Shown here piece by piece: positions 8,965-21,639 of a stretch of DNA of 64,000 bases. The notes under the pieces were generated by a model that was not told the origin of the DNA, did not search any database, and worked only from the letters and a program-made list of their open reading frames with translations. The stretch lies in the NCBI GenBank assembly GCA_963740355.1, contig CAVUDW010000002.1, positions 1,216,001 to 1,280,000 on the forward strand, written 5' to 3'. Each line of letters begins with the position of its first letter. Position 1 is the stretch's first letter. The position numbers and the translations under genes were made by a program. The DNA is from an uncultured Gemmatimonadaceae bacterium (GTDB lineage: Bacteria; Gemmatimonadota; Gemmatimonadetes; Gemmatimonadales; Gemmatimonadaceae).

Positions 8965-10963
8965 ATGAACCTCGGAAATTCTGGCCATGCAATCCCGCGA
9001 CCGCACGATGCTACCGCTGGTCGTGGTCGCGACCGCAGGTCTCATTGGTGCGTCAGCTCTTTCACGTTGATCACGCTCCTCGTCAGCACAGCGTGTTCAG
9101 ACCCTAGCGCACCGCGCAACCCTACGATCTCGGCTTCCGTCATGAAGGACAGTGCGAGCACGGTGCCTGATGCTGACTCGGCGTCGTATTTGCCGTTACT
9201 AGATGGCAAGCTTGCCCTATCCGAGGTGCCGGATCTTGTGGCAATCGACGTGACACCCGAGACGCGTAGTAATGACGTGGTCGAACGGCTGCGGGCGATG
9301 AACCCGTCGCGTAATGTTCGCGCACGCGAGGCGTCTGTATGGCGTACTACCCACGTCTTCGAGGTGACGGGTCTTGAGGACTCTCTTGGTCGGCGCCCAT
9401 CGCGCGCTCTAGCTCAAGACTCGTCCATCGACTTTGCCGTTCCCGTCTTTGTGACGACTGGAGCCAGAGCCGACACGCTGTATTTGCTTGAATAGGCTTG
9501 TCGTGGAATTCGCAAACGGCGGATCCGCAGCTGACGTACAGCGCCTAGAGAAGATGCATCACCTACGCTTGCTTCGCGAACCCGCAAAGGATTCGGGTCG
9601 CCTGAACTACGAGTTCAGGTTTCCGCCACACACACGTGAGCCGGTGTCAATCATCAAGCGGGTGGCCCAAGACCCCAATGTGACGATGGTCACACCGGAA
9701 TATTACAGCACGGGTACGCATCTTGATTCGCCAACAGACCCACTGTATTCGTTCCAGTTCAATCTGTACAGCACCACGATTTACGCTGGAGTGCCGGCAG
9801 ATGTCCGCGCCGACTGGGCCTGGACGATTGGCGCTGGCTCAGGGCTAAAGATCGGCGTGATCGACGACGGCATTTATGCGTCGCATCCGGACTTGGCGGG
9901 GCGCGTGAATCCGACAGGTGTGAACTTCGTGTCCGACGGTGTTTCCGCAACAAATCCTTCTGCGCCATTCTACCATGGAACCGCCGTCACAGGGATGATC
10001 GTTGCGACACGTAATAATGCACTTGGCGTCGCTGGCCTCGCGTCCAGCGCCACGGCGTATGCGATCAAGGTATTTGAGATCGTGGGCGGAGAATCCAGAG
10101 CGTCGAACGTGAATATCGCGAACGGCATCAACTACGCGAGAACGACGTTCAACGTCGACGTAATCAACATGTCACTGTCGACGACGGCAGACGCTGGCAT
10201 CCAGTCGGCCTTGAATAGCGCACGGACACTCGGTCGCGGTGGGAAAGGTATCGTGGTAGTGGCCTCCGTGGGCAACGAAGGTAACGCGAATTCAATCAAC
10301 TTTCCGTCGAGCTACACCGATGTTGTTGCCGTGGGTGCCATCACGGCGAACGGTCCGCGCGCGACGTACTCAAACCGTGGGGCTGGAATTTCCGTTGTCG
10401 CCCCATCTTCAAACGTCAGCAGTGAGGCGGTGTACTGCACGTTGGCTGACGGACCAGCGACGACGAGTATTGCCTCGCAGGGTTGCTACGGCGTTGGGCT
10501 GTCGTCCGGGTACGTCCGCTTTGGTGGAACATCAGCCGCGGCGCCGCAAGTGGCCGCGATTGCCGCAATGGTGCTGGAACGGTTCCCGACACTGACATCC
10601 ACGCAGGTACGAGACCGGATCCGCACGTATGCGGACTCCTGGGGCGCACAGACTGACGTTGGGTACGGCAAGGTTAACGCCTATCTTGCGCTCGTGGGTC
10701 GACTGGGCGTCGCCATATCTGGCAGTGCGCTCGTGCCTCCTGGCGTGGTTACTCGCACGTGCAGTGCGACAAATGGTGAAGATCCAAAGGGGTATCGATG
10801 GTTTCTGTCGTATACCGGGGACGAGGCAGGACTCTTTGACACCGGCGTGACGAGTGTCACGTTCAGTCAGTCGATCAACAGTGGCGAAACATTCCTCACG
10901 AGATGCGTGGTCACGTCTGGATTCCAAACGGTCTACGCTCAGAAGGCGATGATCGCGCAGTAA
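8965..10963 (+). CDS. S8 subtilisin-like serine protease with lipoprotein-like signal and prodomain, split by one +1 indel at about 9490
   Basis: Triad GVIDDG / YHGTAVTG / GTSAAAP, oxyanion SVGNEG; removing one T joins DTLYL-LNRLVVEF; LVSTAC lipobox-like motif. Confidence 0.88.
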
Positions 10964-10994
10964 CACGTCCGAGCAGCGGGAGAGACCCGGGAAG

Positions 10995-12197
10995 ATGAAG
11001 CCGATAAGTCGACACACGGTTCAGTCGTGGATGCGGCGGAGTTTCGCGGGGACCGTGCTCTTGGCGGGATGTAGTTCTAATCTCGTTACGGCTGTTGATG
11101 GTCCCCCGCGGACCGTGGCAATGGTTTTCGGATTCGATGCGGCCGGTGATCCCGATGTCGACGCGATGAAGATCCGATGGCTACTCGCCGGGCACGATAC
11201 GGTGCTCTCGGCGGTGACGGAGACGCTTCCTGCTTCATCCACCGCGGTGGAGGCCGCAAACGGCGAATCCGTGTTCATACTGTCAAATACGCGAACCGAA
11301 CTGCGCGTGATCGAAGTAGATCAGCAGACTCGCTCCGTGGTGCGTCGTTCTACTAGTCGGCGCTTTGCGCCGGTCGTAGTTGCAACGAGTGAGGGAGAGA
11401 CGCGCATCGTCTCTCCAGTGATTGGGTTCGCGTCGCCCGTACTTATCTCGTCGCTCGGGCTGATCGTCACTCCCGCTGATGATGCGACGAATACAACGCC
11501 TGGCTTGCTGGCGATCAGTGTGGCCACGCTAAAGCCAATCTGGTTTCTTCCTGGTCGCTCGGTGGTTGCGACGGCTACCGACGTCGCCAGCACACAGCCT
11601 GCTTTGTGGGTGTCCGTGCGCCATGCTGGACGCTTTGATGGTGTGGGTGGCTCGTTGATCCGGTTGGATCTGCGCACATTTGCCGTGCTAGACTCTCTGC
11701 CATTCCCAGGACGCACGAGTGCCGAGGCGATGCCGCTGTATCTGAGCATGGTCGCAGCCGACGCATCGACAGTGCTCGCTGGTACGAGTGGAGCATTGTT
11801 TCAATGCAGCCGTTCGCCGTTGTCGTGTGAGCCGACAGCAACGAACGTTTCCGGTATCCTGTCGCCTTTGCGTCAGCAAGCTGCATACGTGCAAAGCGTG
11901 TCGAACCCGCGCTTGTTGTTGGCACGTGGTCCCGTCGCCATCCTCAGTGCGCGAGGCGCAGTCATCCGAACGATAGCGCCGCCAGAGTTTTCGCTGGCGG
12001 CGCAACGCGGCGTTATTTCGGCGAGGTCCGACGGGCGAGGTACCAGCCTTGTCGTGCTGGCGGGCCCTGAGTCAAGTGAAGCTCCGAGTGACGTTTTTCC
12101 CATCCGACTCGCAATCGTCAACGTCGCAAACGGCGAGCTCGTATGGCAGAGCCGTCTCACCACTGCAGGTCGTGACCGGCCGACGTCCATCTTTTGA
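10995..12197 (+). CDS. Hypothetical lipoprotein, possibly a beta-propeller
   Basis: 400-aa ORF, LAGC lipobox, repeated beta-rich segments (LRVIEVDQQT, LIRLDLRTFAV, LAIVNVANGELVW); 31 nt after the S8 stop. Confidence 0.65.
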   Translation: MKPISRHTVQSWMRRSFAGTVLLAGCSSNLVTAVDGPPRTVAMVFGFDAAGDPDVDAMKIRWLLAGHDTVLSAVTETLPASSTAVEAANGESVFILSNTRTELRVIEVDQQTRSVVRRSTSRRFAPVVVATSEGETRIVSPVIGFASPVLISSLGLIVTPADDATNTTPGLLAISVATLKPIWFLPGRSVVATATDVASTQPALWVSVRHAGRFDGVGGSLIRLDLRTFAVLDSLPFPGRTSAEAMPLYLSMVAADASTVLAGTSGALFQCSRSPLSCEPTATNVSGILSPLRQQAAYVQSVSNPRLLLARGPVAILSARGAVIRTIAPPEFSLAAQRGVISARSDGRGTSLVVLAGPESSEAPSDVFPIRLAIVNVANGELVWQSRLTTAGRDRPTSIF

Positions 12198-12529
12198 CGA
12201 CGCGACGCTCTACGCTGTTCACGTGTGGGTTCGTGGCAGACGCCTCAATCCTCTGCTGCGACTCTCCGGAGGACGTGGGCCGGCGGTAATGCTGGCGCAT
12301 CGGATGCCAAGCTGCTGCGACCGAGAATTGTCCGAAGATTGGCCCCAAAGCGTTTTGGCAGGAGCGGTCTCAAGAGTGTTGTATTGGTCCTGTGGCAGAC
12401 GTCCTCCTCCTGTGGCTGGCTCATTGGTCGGCCGAGCCCAGCCGCGACATCGTACGTTGTGAACCGCAGTCGCAGTCGCTAGCTGTAGATCACGGAGACT
12501 GAGCTGTCCCCGGTGCCGTGGACACGCGG

Positions 12530-13382
12530 CTAAGCTACATCTTGCTCGAATTCGACCGGGCTGACATAGCCCAGTGTGGAATGCCTCCGGGTCGGATTGT
12601 ATACCCGCTCGAGATAGTCGAAGACATCCGCGCGTGCCGCATCTCGGGCCTGGTAGTGCTTCCGGGCGGTACGCTCCGTTTCGAGGGTCGAGAAGAAGCT
12701 CTCCGTCACGGCGTTGTCCCAGACGTCGCCTGACCGACTCATGCTGCAGACGATGCCCTGCGCCGTCAGCACGCGTTGAAACGATTCGCCCTGGCGTCCT
12801 GCTGGAGTGTGCAAGATCGGTCGGCGGCGTGCCGCGCCGCCACACCGCCATCAGCAAGGCGTCGGTCACGAGCTGCGCAGTCATGGTGGATTGCATCGAC
12901 CAGCCAATGACGCGTCGCGAAAAGAGATCGAGCACGACGGCCACGTAGAGCCACCCCTCCGTCGTCCAGAGATACGTGAAGTCCGCGACCCACTTCTGAG
13001 TCGGCGCAGTCGCGGTGAAATCCCGGTCGAGCAGATTGGCCGCAATGGCGTGGACCAGCCGGTCGCCGGTGTCCGTTGGCAGCGCGCGGCGCCTGGGGCG
13101 GGCGCGGAGGGCGTGGAGCTGCATCAGCCGCTCCACATGATGCAGACCAATCCGTACACCCGCCGCTCGGAGATCGCGAAGAATCCGCCGTGCACCATAG
13201 TTCCGATCACTGAGCTGGAAGCTCGCCCGCATGGCAGTGCTGATCCCCGCATCCGTCCGCGACCGCACACTCTCGGGTCGCGTATACCACGCGTAGAACC
13301 CACTGCGCGACACACCGAGCATGTCAGAGATCGTGCGCACCGGCTTCGTCCCTCGATGCTTCGCCACAAAGCCAAATTTCAC
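12530..13382 (-). pseudogene. IS3 OrfB (DDE integrase core), frameshifted near 12815
   Basis: GVSRSGFYAW, WVADFTY, LDLFSRRVIGW, WDNAVTESFFSTL, YNPTRRHSTLGYVSP; the HSDQGSQY motif is corrupted. Confidence 0.88.
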
Positions 13383-13676
13383 GTCGACTCCCTGGCAAAG
13401 TCGGCCGCGGCCTTTTTTAGGATATCGCGCTCCATCCGTAGCGGGGCCACTTCCTTCCGATGCCGCGTCAGCTCCGCCCGCTCTACCCGGGTGCTCTGCC
13501 CACCGCCGGCTGCGGCCGCCGCGTCATGCGTCGCCGTGCGCATCCACATCCGGAGCAGATGTGGGCGAATACCCGAGGCCTCGCGCCGCCTGCGCCATCG
13601 ACACGCCGCGCACCGTCACCAATCGCACCGCTTCCTGCTTGAACTCGTCGCTGAACTTTTGCCGGACCCGTGCCAT
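13379..13676 (-). pseudogene. IS3 OrfA, frameshifted near 13572
   Basis: MARVRQKFSDEFKQEAVRLV...AARGLG, then LRMERDILKKAAADFAREST in another frame. Confidence 0.82.
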
Positions 13677-13738
13677 ATCCCACCCCCTCACCCGTAAGAA
13701 CACCTAAGAATGGTGTCTACGGAACCAGGGACAGCTCA

Positions 13739-14415
13739 GATGATGCGGTCGGGACGGTAGCGCTTCGCTTGTAGCATAATCTTGTTCAAGCCCAGAGCAT
13801 CTTCGTTAATCACGCCGTCGATGCCTTCATCGCCGCTGCCGCCTGTGTGTTCGAGTGCGTTCGCTAGAGTGCTCCCGTAGCCCATTGCACCGAGCGTTTC
13901 AAGAACAAGCGCCTCAAAGAAGCGCGCAGGTTTTGCCAAGATCGCGTCGAGTAGTTCGCCGCGAAGGACCGAATCAAGTTCCACAAGTGCCTGCTCAATG
14001 CGGTCTTCGGGTGTCGCCGTGAATGCGGCCGGTGGCACGGCCGTGGTCACGGCGGCATCAGCTCAGTCTACCGTGCGCTTCGTCCACGAGTCTTCGAAGC
14101 CTGGTATGGCCTGCAGGTCGGCGATCCGAATGGCGTCCGGAAATCGGGTGAGGAACTCACCGCCCTCGATCGTGATCCGATAGGTACCTCGGACCACCTT
14201 TTCAATCAGGCGCGCCTTCGTGAGAAATGTCATTGCCCATCCAGCTCGATTCGCGATGTAAGTAGACCCGCCGCTGGGTATGCGCGCTTGGCGCTCTTCA
14301 TCGGACAGGCCGAACTGCGTCGCCTTGCACTCGGTCGCGCTGCGGCGTGACACGTCCTCGAGTTGGCAAGCGCGAGAATCGGGCGAAGAAGTTGGTCGTA
14401 AGTGAGGATCGGCAA
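13739..14415 (-). pseudogene. mrr: Mrr-family type IV restriction endonuclease, disrupted and C-terminally truncated
   Basis: PILTYDQLLRPIL / FGLSDEER...NRAGWAMTFL...RGTYRIT N-domain; FFEALV...MGYG...SGDEGIDGVINEDALGL...QAKRY catalytic part; TGA at 14063-14065; cut by IS3. Confidence 0.9.
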
Positions 14416-14704
14416 GCGGCACTCTTTCGTGTGTGAGGACGGGAGTGTATCGGACTGTTCGCGAACTCGCGATGCGGCAGGATCTTCTTTCAGACGGTAT
14501 TCTCGTCGGCGCTGACGCCGGAGTCTTGGTCCTCCTGGCGCTAATGGCAGCCGGTCAGTACTTGAGTACGCTAGAGGCGGTTGATGCGCGTGCGGGCAGC
14601 CGAAATCTGTCGATCGGTCCACTACCAGCTAGCAGAATGGACGAATCGCGATGTCCTCCCACCACACATATCCCTTGGTGCCAGCTTTCATGGGGGTACC
14701 CGGG

Positions 14705-14794
14705 GGAACCCCAAACAAAACGCCCCACCGGATCTCGGCAGGGCGTTTCTGCTATCTCATTGCATTTCAACGACTTGTAAAGCTCCCGAGGAGG
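14705..14794 (-). repeat. tRNA-proximal copy of the 90-bp repeat, including an intrinsic terminator (about 14713-14748)
   Basis: Minus strand AAACGCCCTGCCG-AGATC-CGGTGGGGCGTTTTGTTT; homologous to 7327-7416. Confidence 0.85.
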
Positions 14795-14856
14795 GACTCG
14801 AACCCCCGACCCGCTGATTAACAGTCAGCTGCTCTAACCACCTGAGCTACTCGGGA
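14783..14856 (-). tRNA. tRNA-Asn(GTT), CCA not encoded
   Basis: TCCCGAG/CTCGGGA acceptor stem, GCTGA-CT-GTT-AA-TCAGC anticodon arm, GGTTCGAGTCC T-arm. Confidence 0.97.
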
Positions 14857-14883
14857 TCGCACCGGCTTCACAGCCAGCCCCAC

Positions 14884-14911
14884 AACTTAGCATCCCCGAC
14901 AACAGGGTCAA
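14884..14911 (-). promoter_or_regulatory. Sigma70-type promoter of tRNA-Asn
   Basis: TTGACC-16 nt-TAAGTT with TGn extension, just upstream of the tRNA. Confidence 0.65.
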
Positions 14912-15112
14912 CCCAACGACCGTCGCCAAACCCGCTCCCAGACGCACTGCCCCTGCAATTCCTGCCGCCAACCACCGCCGCCTGCAGCGCGCCGACCACA
15001 CCAGCGTCGCCCCGGAGCAGGCACTGCCTTTCGGCACTCGCGGCTTCCGAGCTCGGGCCGGTTGCCAATGACGCGTCAGAGAGGGAAGGCCGTCCAGCAG
15101 AGCACGCCGGCA

Positions 15113-15128
15113 TGGAACAAATCGTGCA
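15113..15128 (+). promoter_or_regulatory. Putative sigma54 (-24/-12) promoter
   Basis: TGGAACAAATCGTGCA has GG-N10-GC spacing, 120 nt upstream of a PEP-CTERM gene. Confidence 0.6.
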
Positions 15129-15247
15129 CACGATTTTCCCCGTTGAAGCACCCGAACTCCACCGACGATTTGCCCCCGTACTTCGTCACCGGCGCCACCC
15201 GCTTCAAGTCGCGCCGGAATTTGTATCCCACCCTCCCGCCCAGAGGA

Positions 15248-15826
15248 ATGCCCGTGAAGCAGACCCGCATCAGCACCGCCGCCGTCCTGTTGGCCGTCGC
15301 TGCGCTCAGCTCCACCGCCCATGCGCAGACGTTCGCCTTCACCGGCACCGAACTGGGCAACCCGGTCCCGACGCGCTTCGCGACGTCCACCGAGCAGCTG
15401 TTCGCGTCGAGCGCGCCGGCCGTCACCCTGCCGATCGTTGCCGTGAAGGCCAGCTCGGTCGAGAAGGCCGACATGATCAGTGCCTCGCTGCCCTCCGATT
15501 CCTGGGGGCCGATCGCGCTTCATGAGGCCGATGACGCGACCGCTGGGGACGAGGAAAAGAACGAGGACGGCGGGTTCTTCAGCTCGACCCTCGGCCGCGC
15601 CTCGATGGTCGGACTGGCAGGCCTCGCGGGTGCCAGCTACGTCGCGATCCACAACAGCGGCTCGTCGAACGACGCCAACAGCACCCGTGAAGTCTTCGCG
15701 CCGTCCACGGGTACCACGACCGCCGCTGACGTGATCGTCAATCCGGAACCGGCCACCATGGTGCTCATGGGCACTGGCCTCGTCTCACTCGGACTGGTCG
15801 CACGCCGTCGTCGTCGCTCGAACTGA
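15248..15826 (+). CDS. PEP-CTERM sorting domain protein
   Basis: Signal peptide ending AHA; C-terminal NPEPATMVLMGTGLVSLGLVARRRRR. Confidence 0.92.
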   Translation: MPVKQTRISTAAVLLAVAALSSTAHAQTFAFTGTELGNPVPTRFATSTEQLFASSAPAVTLPIVAVKASSVEKADMISASLPSDSWGPIALHEADDATAGDEEKNEDGGFFSSTLGRASMVGLAGLAGASYVAIHNSGSSNDANSTREVFAPSTGTTTAADVIVNPEPATMVLMGTGLVSLGLVARRRRRSN

Positions 15827-15853
15827 GTCGCACCACACAGCCTCGGCTCGCAG

Positions 15854-15884
15854 AAAGGCGATCGCTCACGCGGTCGCCTTTTTT
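15854..15884 (+). terminator. Intrinsic terminator
   Basis: AAAGGCGATCGC-TCAC-GCGGTCGCCTTTTTT. Confidence 0.85.
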
Positions 15885-15939
15885 GCGCCCTGACACCGCG
15901 ACGCGATGATTCACGCTCGCGACTCGGGTACACTTACCC

Positions 15940-16708
15940 ATGCCTTCCACGCGCCCCATCTGCCTCATCACCGGTGCCTCGAGCGGCATCGGTGCCGAAC
16001 TGGCCTACTGCGCCGCCGCCGACGGATTCGATCTCGTGTTGGTCGCGCGACGAATGAGCGCGCTCGCCGACGTCGCGCAACGCTGCGAGAAGAAGCATGA
16101 TGCGAAGGTCAGCATCATTCACTCCGACCTCGGTGATTCCACTGCACCGCGTGTGCTGGCTGCCGAGCTGCGCGCGCGCAAGCTGGATGTGCACACGCTG
16201 ATCAACAACGCGGGGCTCGGAGCCAGCGGCAGCATCGCTGCACTGCCGATCGAGACGCAGATGAACATGATCCAGGTGAACGTCACGGCACTGACCGAGA
16301 TCACGCGACGACTGCTGCCAGCGATGCTCGAACGTGGCAGCGGTGCGGTGATGAACGTGGCCAGCACCGCAGCATTTCTGCCGGGCCCGAACATGGCGGT
16401 CTACTACGCCAGCAAGGCGTACGTGTTGTCGTTCACCGAAGCGCTGGCCGAAGAGCTGCGCGGCACCGGCATCAACATCAGCGCGCTCTGCCCGGGGCCA
16501 ACCGCCACCGAGTTCGGCGCCGTGAGCGGGATGTCGGCCACCAAGCTGTTCAAGCAGAAGGGGATGATGATGTCTTCCAACACCGTCGCACGCGCCGGAT
16601 GGGAAGGGCTGCTGGCCGGCGATCGCATCGTCATTCCGGGGATGGCCAACAAACTGCTCAATCAGTCACTGCGAATCGGACCGCGCGCCCTGATCGCTAG
16701 GGTTTCGG

Positions 16709-16731
<23 letters not shown>
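15940..16731 (+). CDS. SDR family oxidoreductase
   Basis: TGASSGIG, NNAG and YYASK motifs. Confidence 0.95.
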
Positions 16732-19570
<2,839 letters not shown>

Positions 19571-19653
19571 TGAAAGATAGTCGGAGTCGGGGCTCACGAC
19601 ACAGACCTTTACTGCGTAGCGTTAGACCGAGATGAGAGCGACATGACCGAGAT

Positions 19654-21534
19654 ATGACAGCGCCCGCGATCCAGCCGGACGACGACGAAGTACGGCCCGT
19701 GCTCGACCGGCGACTCGTGCGCCGCCTCGCGCACTACGTGCGCCCGTACCTGCCCCTGGTAGCAGGTGCGGTGGTGCTGCTCGCACTCGAGGGTGCCACT
19801 GCAGTGGTTGGCCCATGGCTGACGCAGCGCGTGATCGATCACGCCATTCCCACGCGCGACCTGGGGTTCATCCGCCTCGCGGCGCTGGCCCTTGCGGCGT
19901 CTCTCGTGGTGCAGTTTGCCTGCAGCTACGGCGAGACGATGCTCACCGGCCTGCTGGGCCAGAAGGTGATGCGTGACCTGCGAACGGAACTGTTTGCGAA
20001 GCTGCAGACGTTGAGTATCAGTTTCTTCGATCGCAATCCGGCCGGCCGGCTCATCACTCGCGTCACCAGCGACGTGGAGTCGTTGAACGAGCTCTTCACC
20101 GCCGGTGTCGTGGCCGGGCTGGGTGATCTCTTCGCGCTGGCCGCGATGGCGGTGATGATGTTGATCACCGATTGGCAGCTGGCACTGGCGGCGTTCGCAG
20201 CGGTGCCGTTCGTCTGGCTGGTAAGCCGCATCTTCCAGAAGAAGGTGCGTGTTGCGTACCGGGAGATTCGCGGCAAGCTGGCGCGCATCAATGCCTTCGC
20301 GCAGGAGCGCATCACCGGCGTGCGCGTGGTGCAGCTGTTCAGCCGCGAGCCTGACGAATCGCGTCGGTTCGATGTGCTCAATCGCGAGCACCTCGATGTG
20401 AACGTGAAGTCGATCATGTACTACGCCGCGTATTTCCCCGCGATCGAGATCCTGACCACGATCGCGCTCGCGAGCCTGATCGCGGCGGCCACACATCGCG
20501 TCAACGCCGGCCTGCTGACCGTGGGCACCGTGGCGGCATTCCTGCAGCTGGTGCGCCGCTTCTTCCAGCCGCTGCAGGACCTGAGCGACAAGTTCAACAC
20601 CTTGCAGCAGGCCATGGCCGCATCGGAGCGCATCTTCACGCTGCTCGATACCACGGCGACGGTGGTCGATGTGGAGGCGCCGGCAGACACCACCGTCCGC
20701 ACCCATCGCGGCGTCACGGTGACGTTCGAGGACGTCTGGTTTGCCTACGATACCGCGGCCGGCGTGGCGGCGGACGATGCGGCCACACACTGGGTGCTGC
20801 GCGGCGTGTCGTTCACCGTGCGACCCGGTGAGACGCTGGCGCTGGTGGGGCATACCGGTGCCGGCAAGACGACCGTGGTGAGCCTGCTGCTACGCTTCTA
20901 CGACCCGCAGCGGGGTCGCATCCTGCTCGATGGTCGCGACATTCGCACCATGCCCCTCGGCGAGCTGCGCGCACGGATCGGCTACGTGCAACAGGACATC
21001 TTCCTCTTTGCGGGCGACGTGGCGTCAAACATCCGTCTCTCGAACCCGATCGACGATGAGGCCGTGCGCCAGGCCGCCGCTCGCGTCGGCGCTGACCGTG
21101 TGATCGCCCGTTTGCCGGATGGGTACGCGCAGAAGCTCGGTGAACGGGGCGCCACGCTCTCGGTGGGCGAACGGCAGCTGCTGAGCTTTTCGCGCGCCTT
21201 GGCCAGCGATCCCGACCTGCTGCTCCTCGATGAAGCCACCAGCGCCGTGGACAGTGAGCGCGAGGCTGAGATTCAGGAGGCCCTGGGCGCGCTGATGAGC
21301 GGCCGGACGACCATTGCGGTGGCGCATCGCCTGAGCACGATCGTGGATGCCGATGAGATCCTTGTAATGCACCACGGTGTGGTGGCGGAGCGCGGACCAC
21401 ACGCGGCGCTGCTGGCGCGAAAGGGGTTGTACGAGCGGTTGTGGCGCTTGCAGGTCGGCGATTCGGCGGCGCTGGCCGACGAGCCAAAGGCGGGCCCGTC
21501 CGTAGCGCTTGCCGGGCCCATCGACCGAGCCTAG
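19654..21534 (+). CDS. ABC exporter, fused permease/ATP-binding (MsbA/MdlB-like)
   Basis: Transmembrane domain plus GHTGAGKT, LSVGERQ, LLLLDEATS and AHRLST. Confidence 0.95.
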   Translation: MTAPAIQPDDDEVRPVLDRRLVRRLAHYVRPYLPLVAGAVVLLALEGATAVVGPWLTQRVIDHAIPTRDLGFIRLAALALAASLVVQFACSYGETMLTGLLGQKVMRDLRTELFAKLQTLSISFFDRNPAGRLITRVTSDVESLNELFTAGVVAGLGDLFALAAMAVMMLITDWQLALAAFAAVPFVWLVSRIFQKKVRVAYREIRGKLARINAFAQERITGVRVVQLFSREPDESRRFDVLNREHLDVNVKSIMYYAAYFPAIEILTTIALASLIAAATHRVNAGLLTVGTVAAFLQLVRRFFQPLQDLSDKFNTLQQAMAASERIFTLLDTTATVVDVEAPADTTVRTHRGVTVTFEDVWFAYDTAAGVAADDAATHWVLRGVSFTVRPGETLALVGHTGAGKTTVVSLLLRFYDPQRGRILLDGRDIRTMPLGELRARIGYVQQDIFLFAGDVASNIRLSNPIDDEAVRQAAARVGADRVIARLPDGYAQKLGERGATLSVGERQLLSFSRALASDPDLLLLDEATSAVDSEREAEIQEALGALMSGRTTIAVAHRLSTIVDADEILVMHHGVVAERGPHAALLARKGLYERLWRLQVGDSAALADEPKAGPSVALAGPIDRA

Positions 21535-21639
21535 CTTCACCCGACTGATGACCGTCCACACCCTCTTCATTCCCCCAGCTGGCGCGCTCTGGTGCGACAC
21601 GGGGCTGGCTCAGGTTTCGATGCTCCCTGCCGCGGTGAC

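Larger units (their letters stand above)
12500..13738 (-). mobile_element. IS3-family insertion sequence, 1239 bp, degenerate
   Basis: 26-bp terminal inverted repeats TGAGCTGTCCC...GACAC match 23/26; orfA/orfB layout with an A6G slippery site near 13412-13418. Confidence 0.93.
7417..14782. mobile_element. Degenerate genomic islet at tRNA-Asn, no integrase seen
   Basis: Flanked by the duplicated tRNA 3' end; visibly lower GC; holds IS21 and IS3 remnants and an Mrr pseudogene. Confidence 0.75.

Noticed and set aside
9482..9495. Programmed frameshift between the S8 prodomain and catalytic domain
   Set aside because: No slippery heptamer; it fits the window-wide +1 insertion pattern.
12410..12470. 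Hairpin next to IS3 as an attC site
   Set aside because: Only one plausible core box; the structure is not convincing.
14063..14065. In-frame TGA in mrr as selenocysteine or readthrough
   Set aside because: It lies in a linker of a gene with other lesions; ordinary decay explains it.
14416..14704. Integrase remnant beside the tRNA
   Set aside because: No recognisable tyrosine or serine recombinase motif in the listed frames; BLASTX would be needed to exclude a very decayed fragment.
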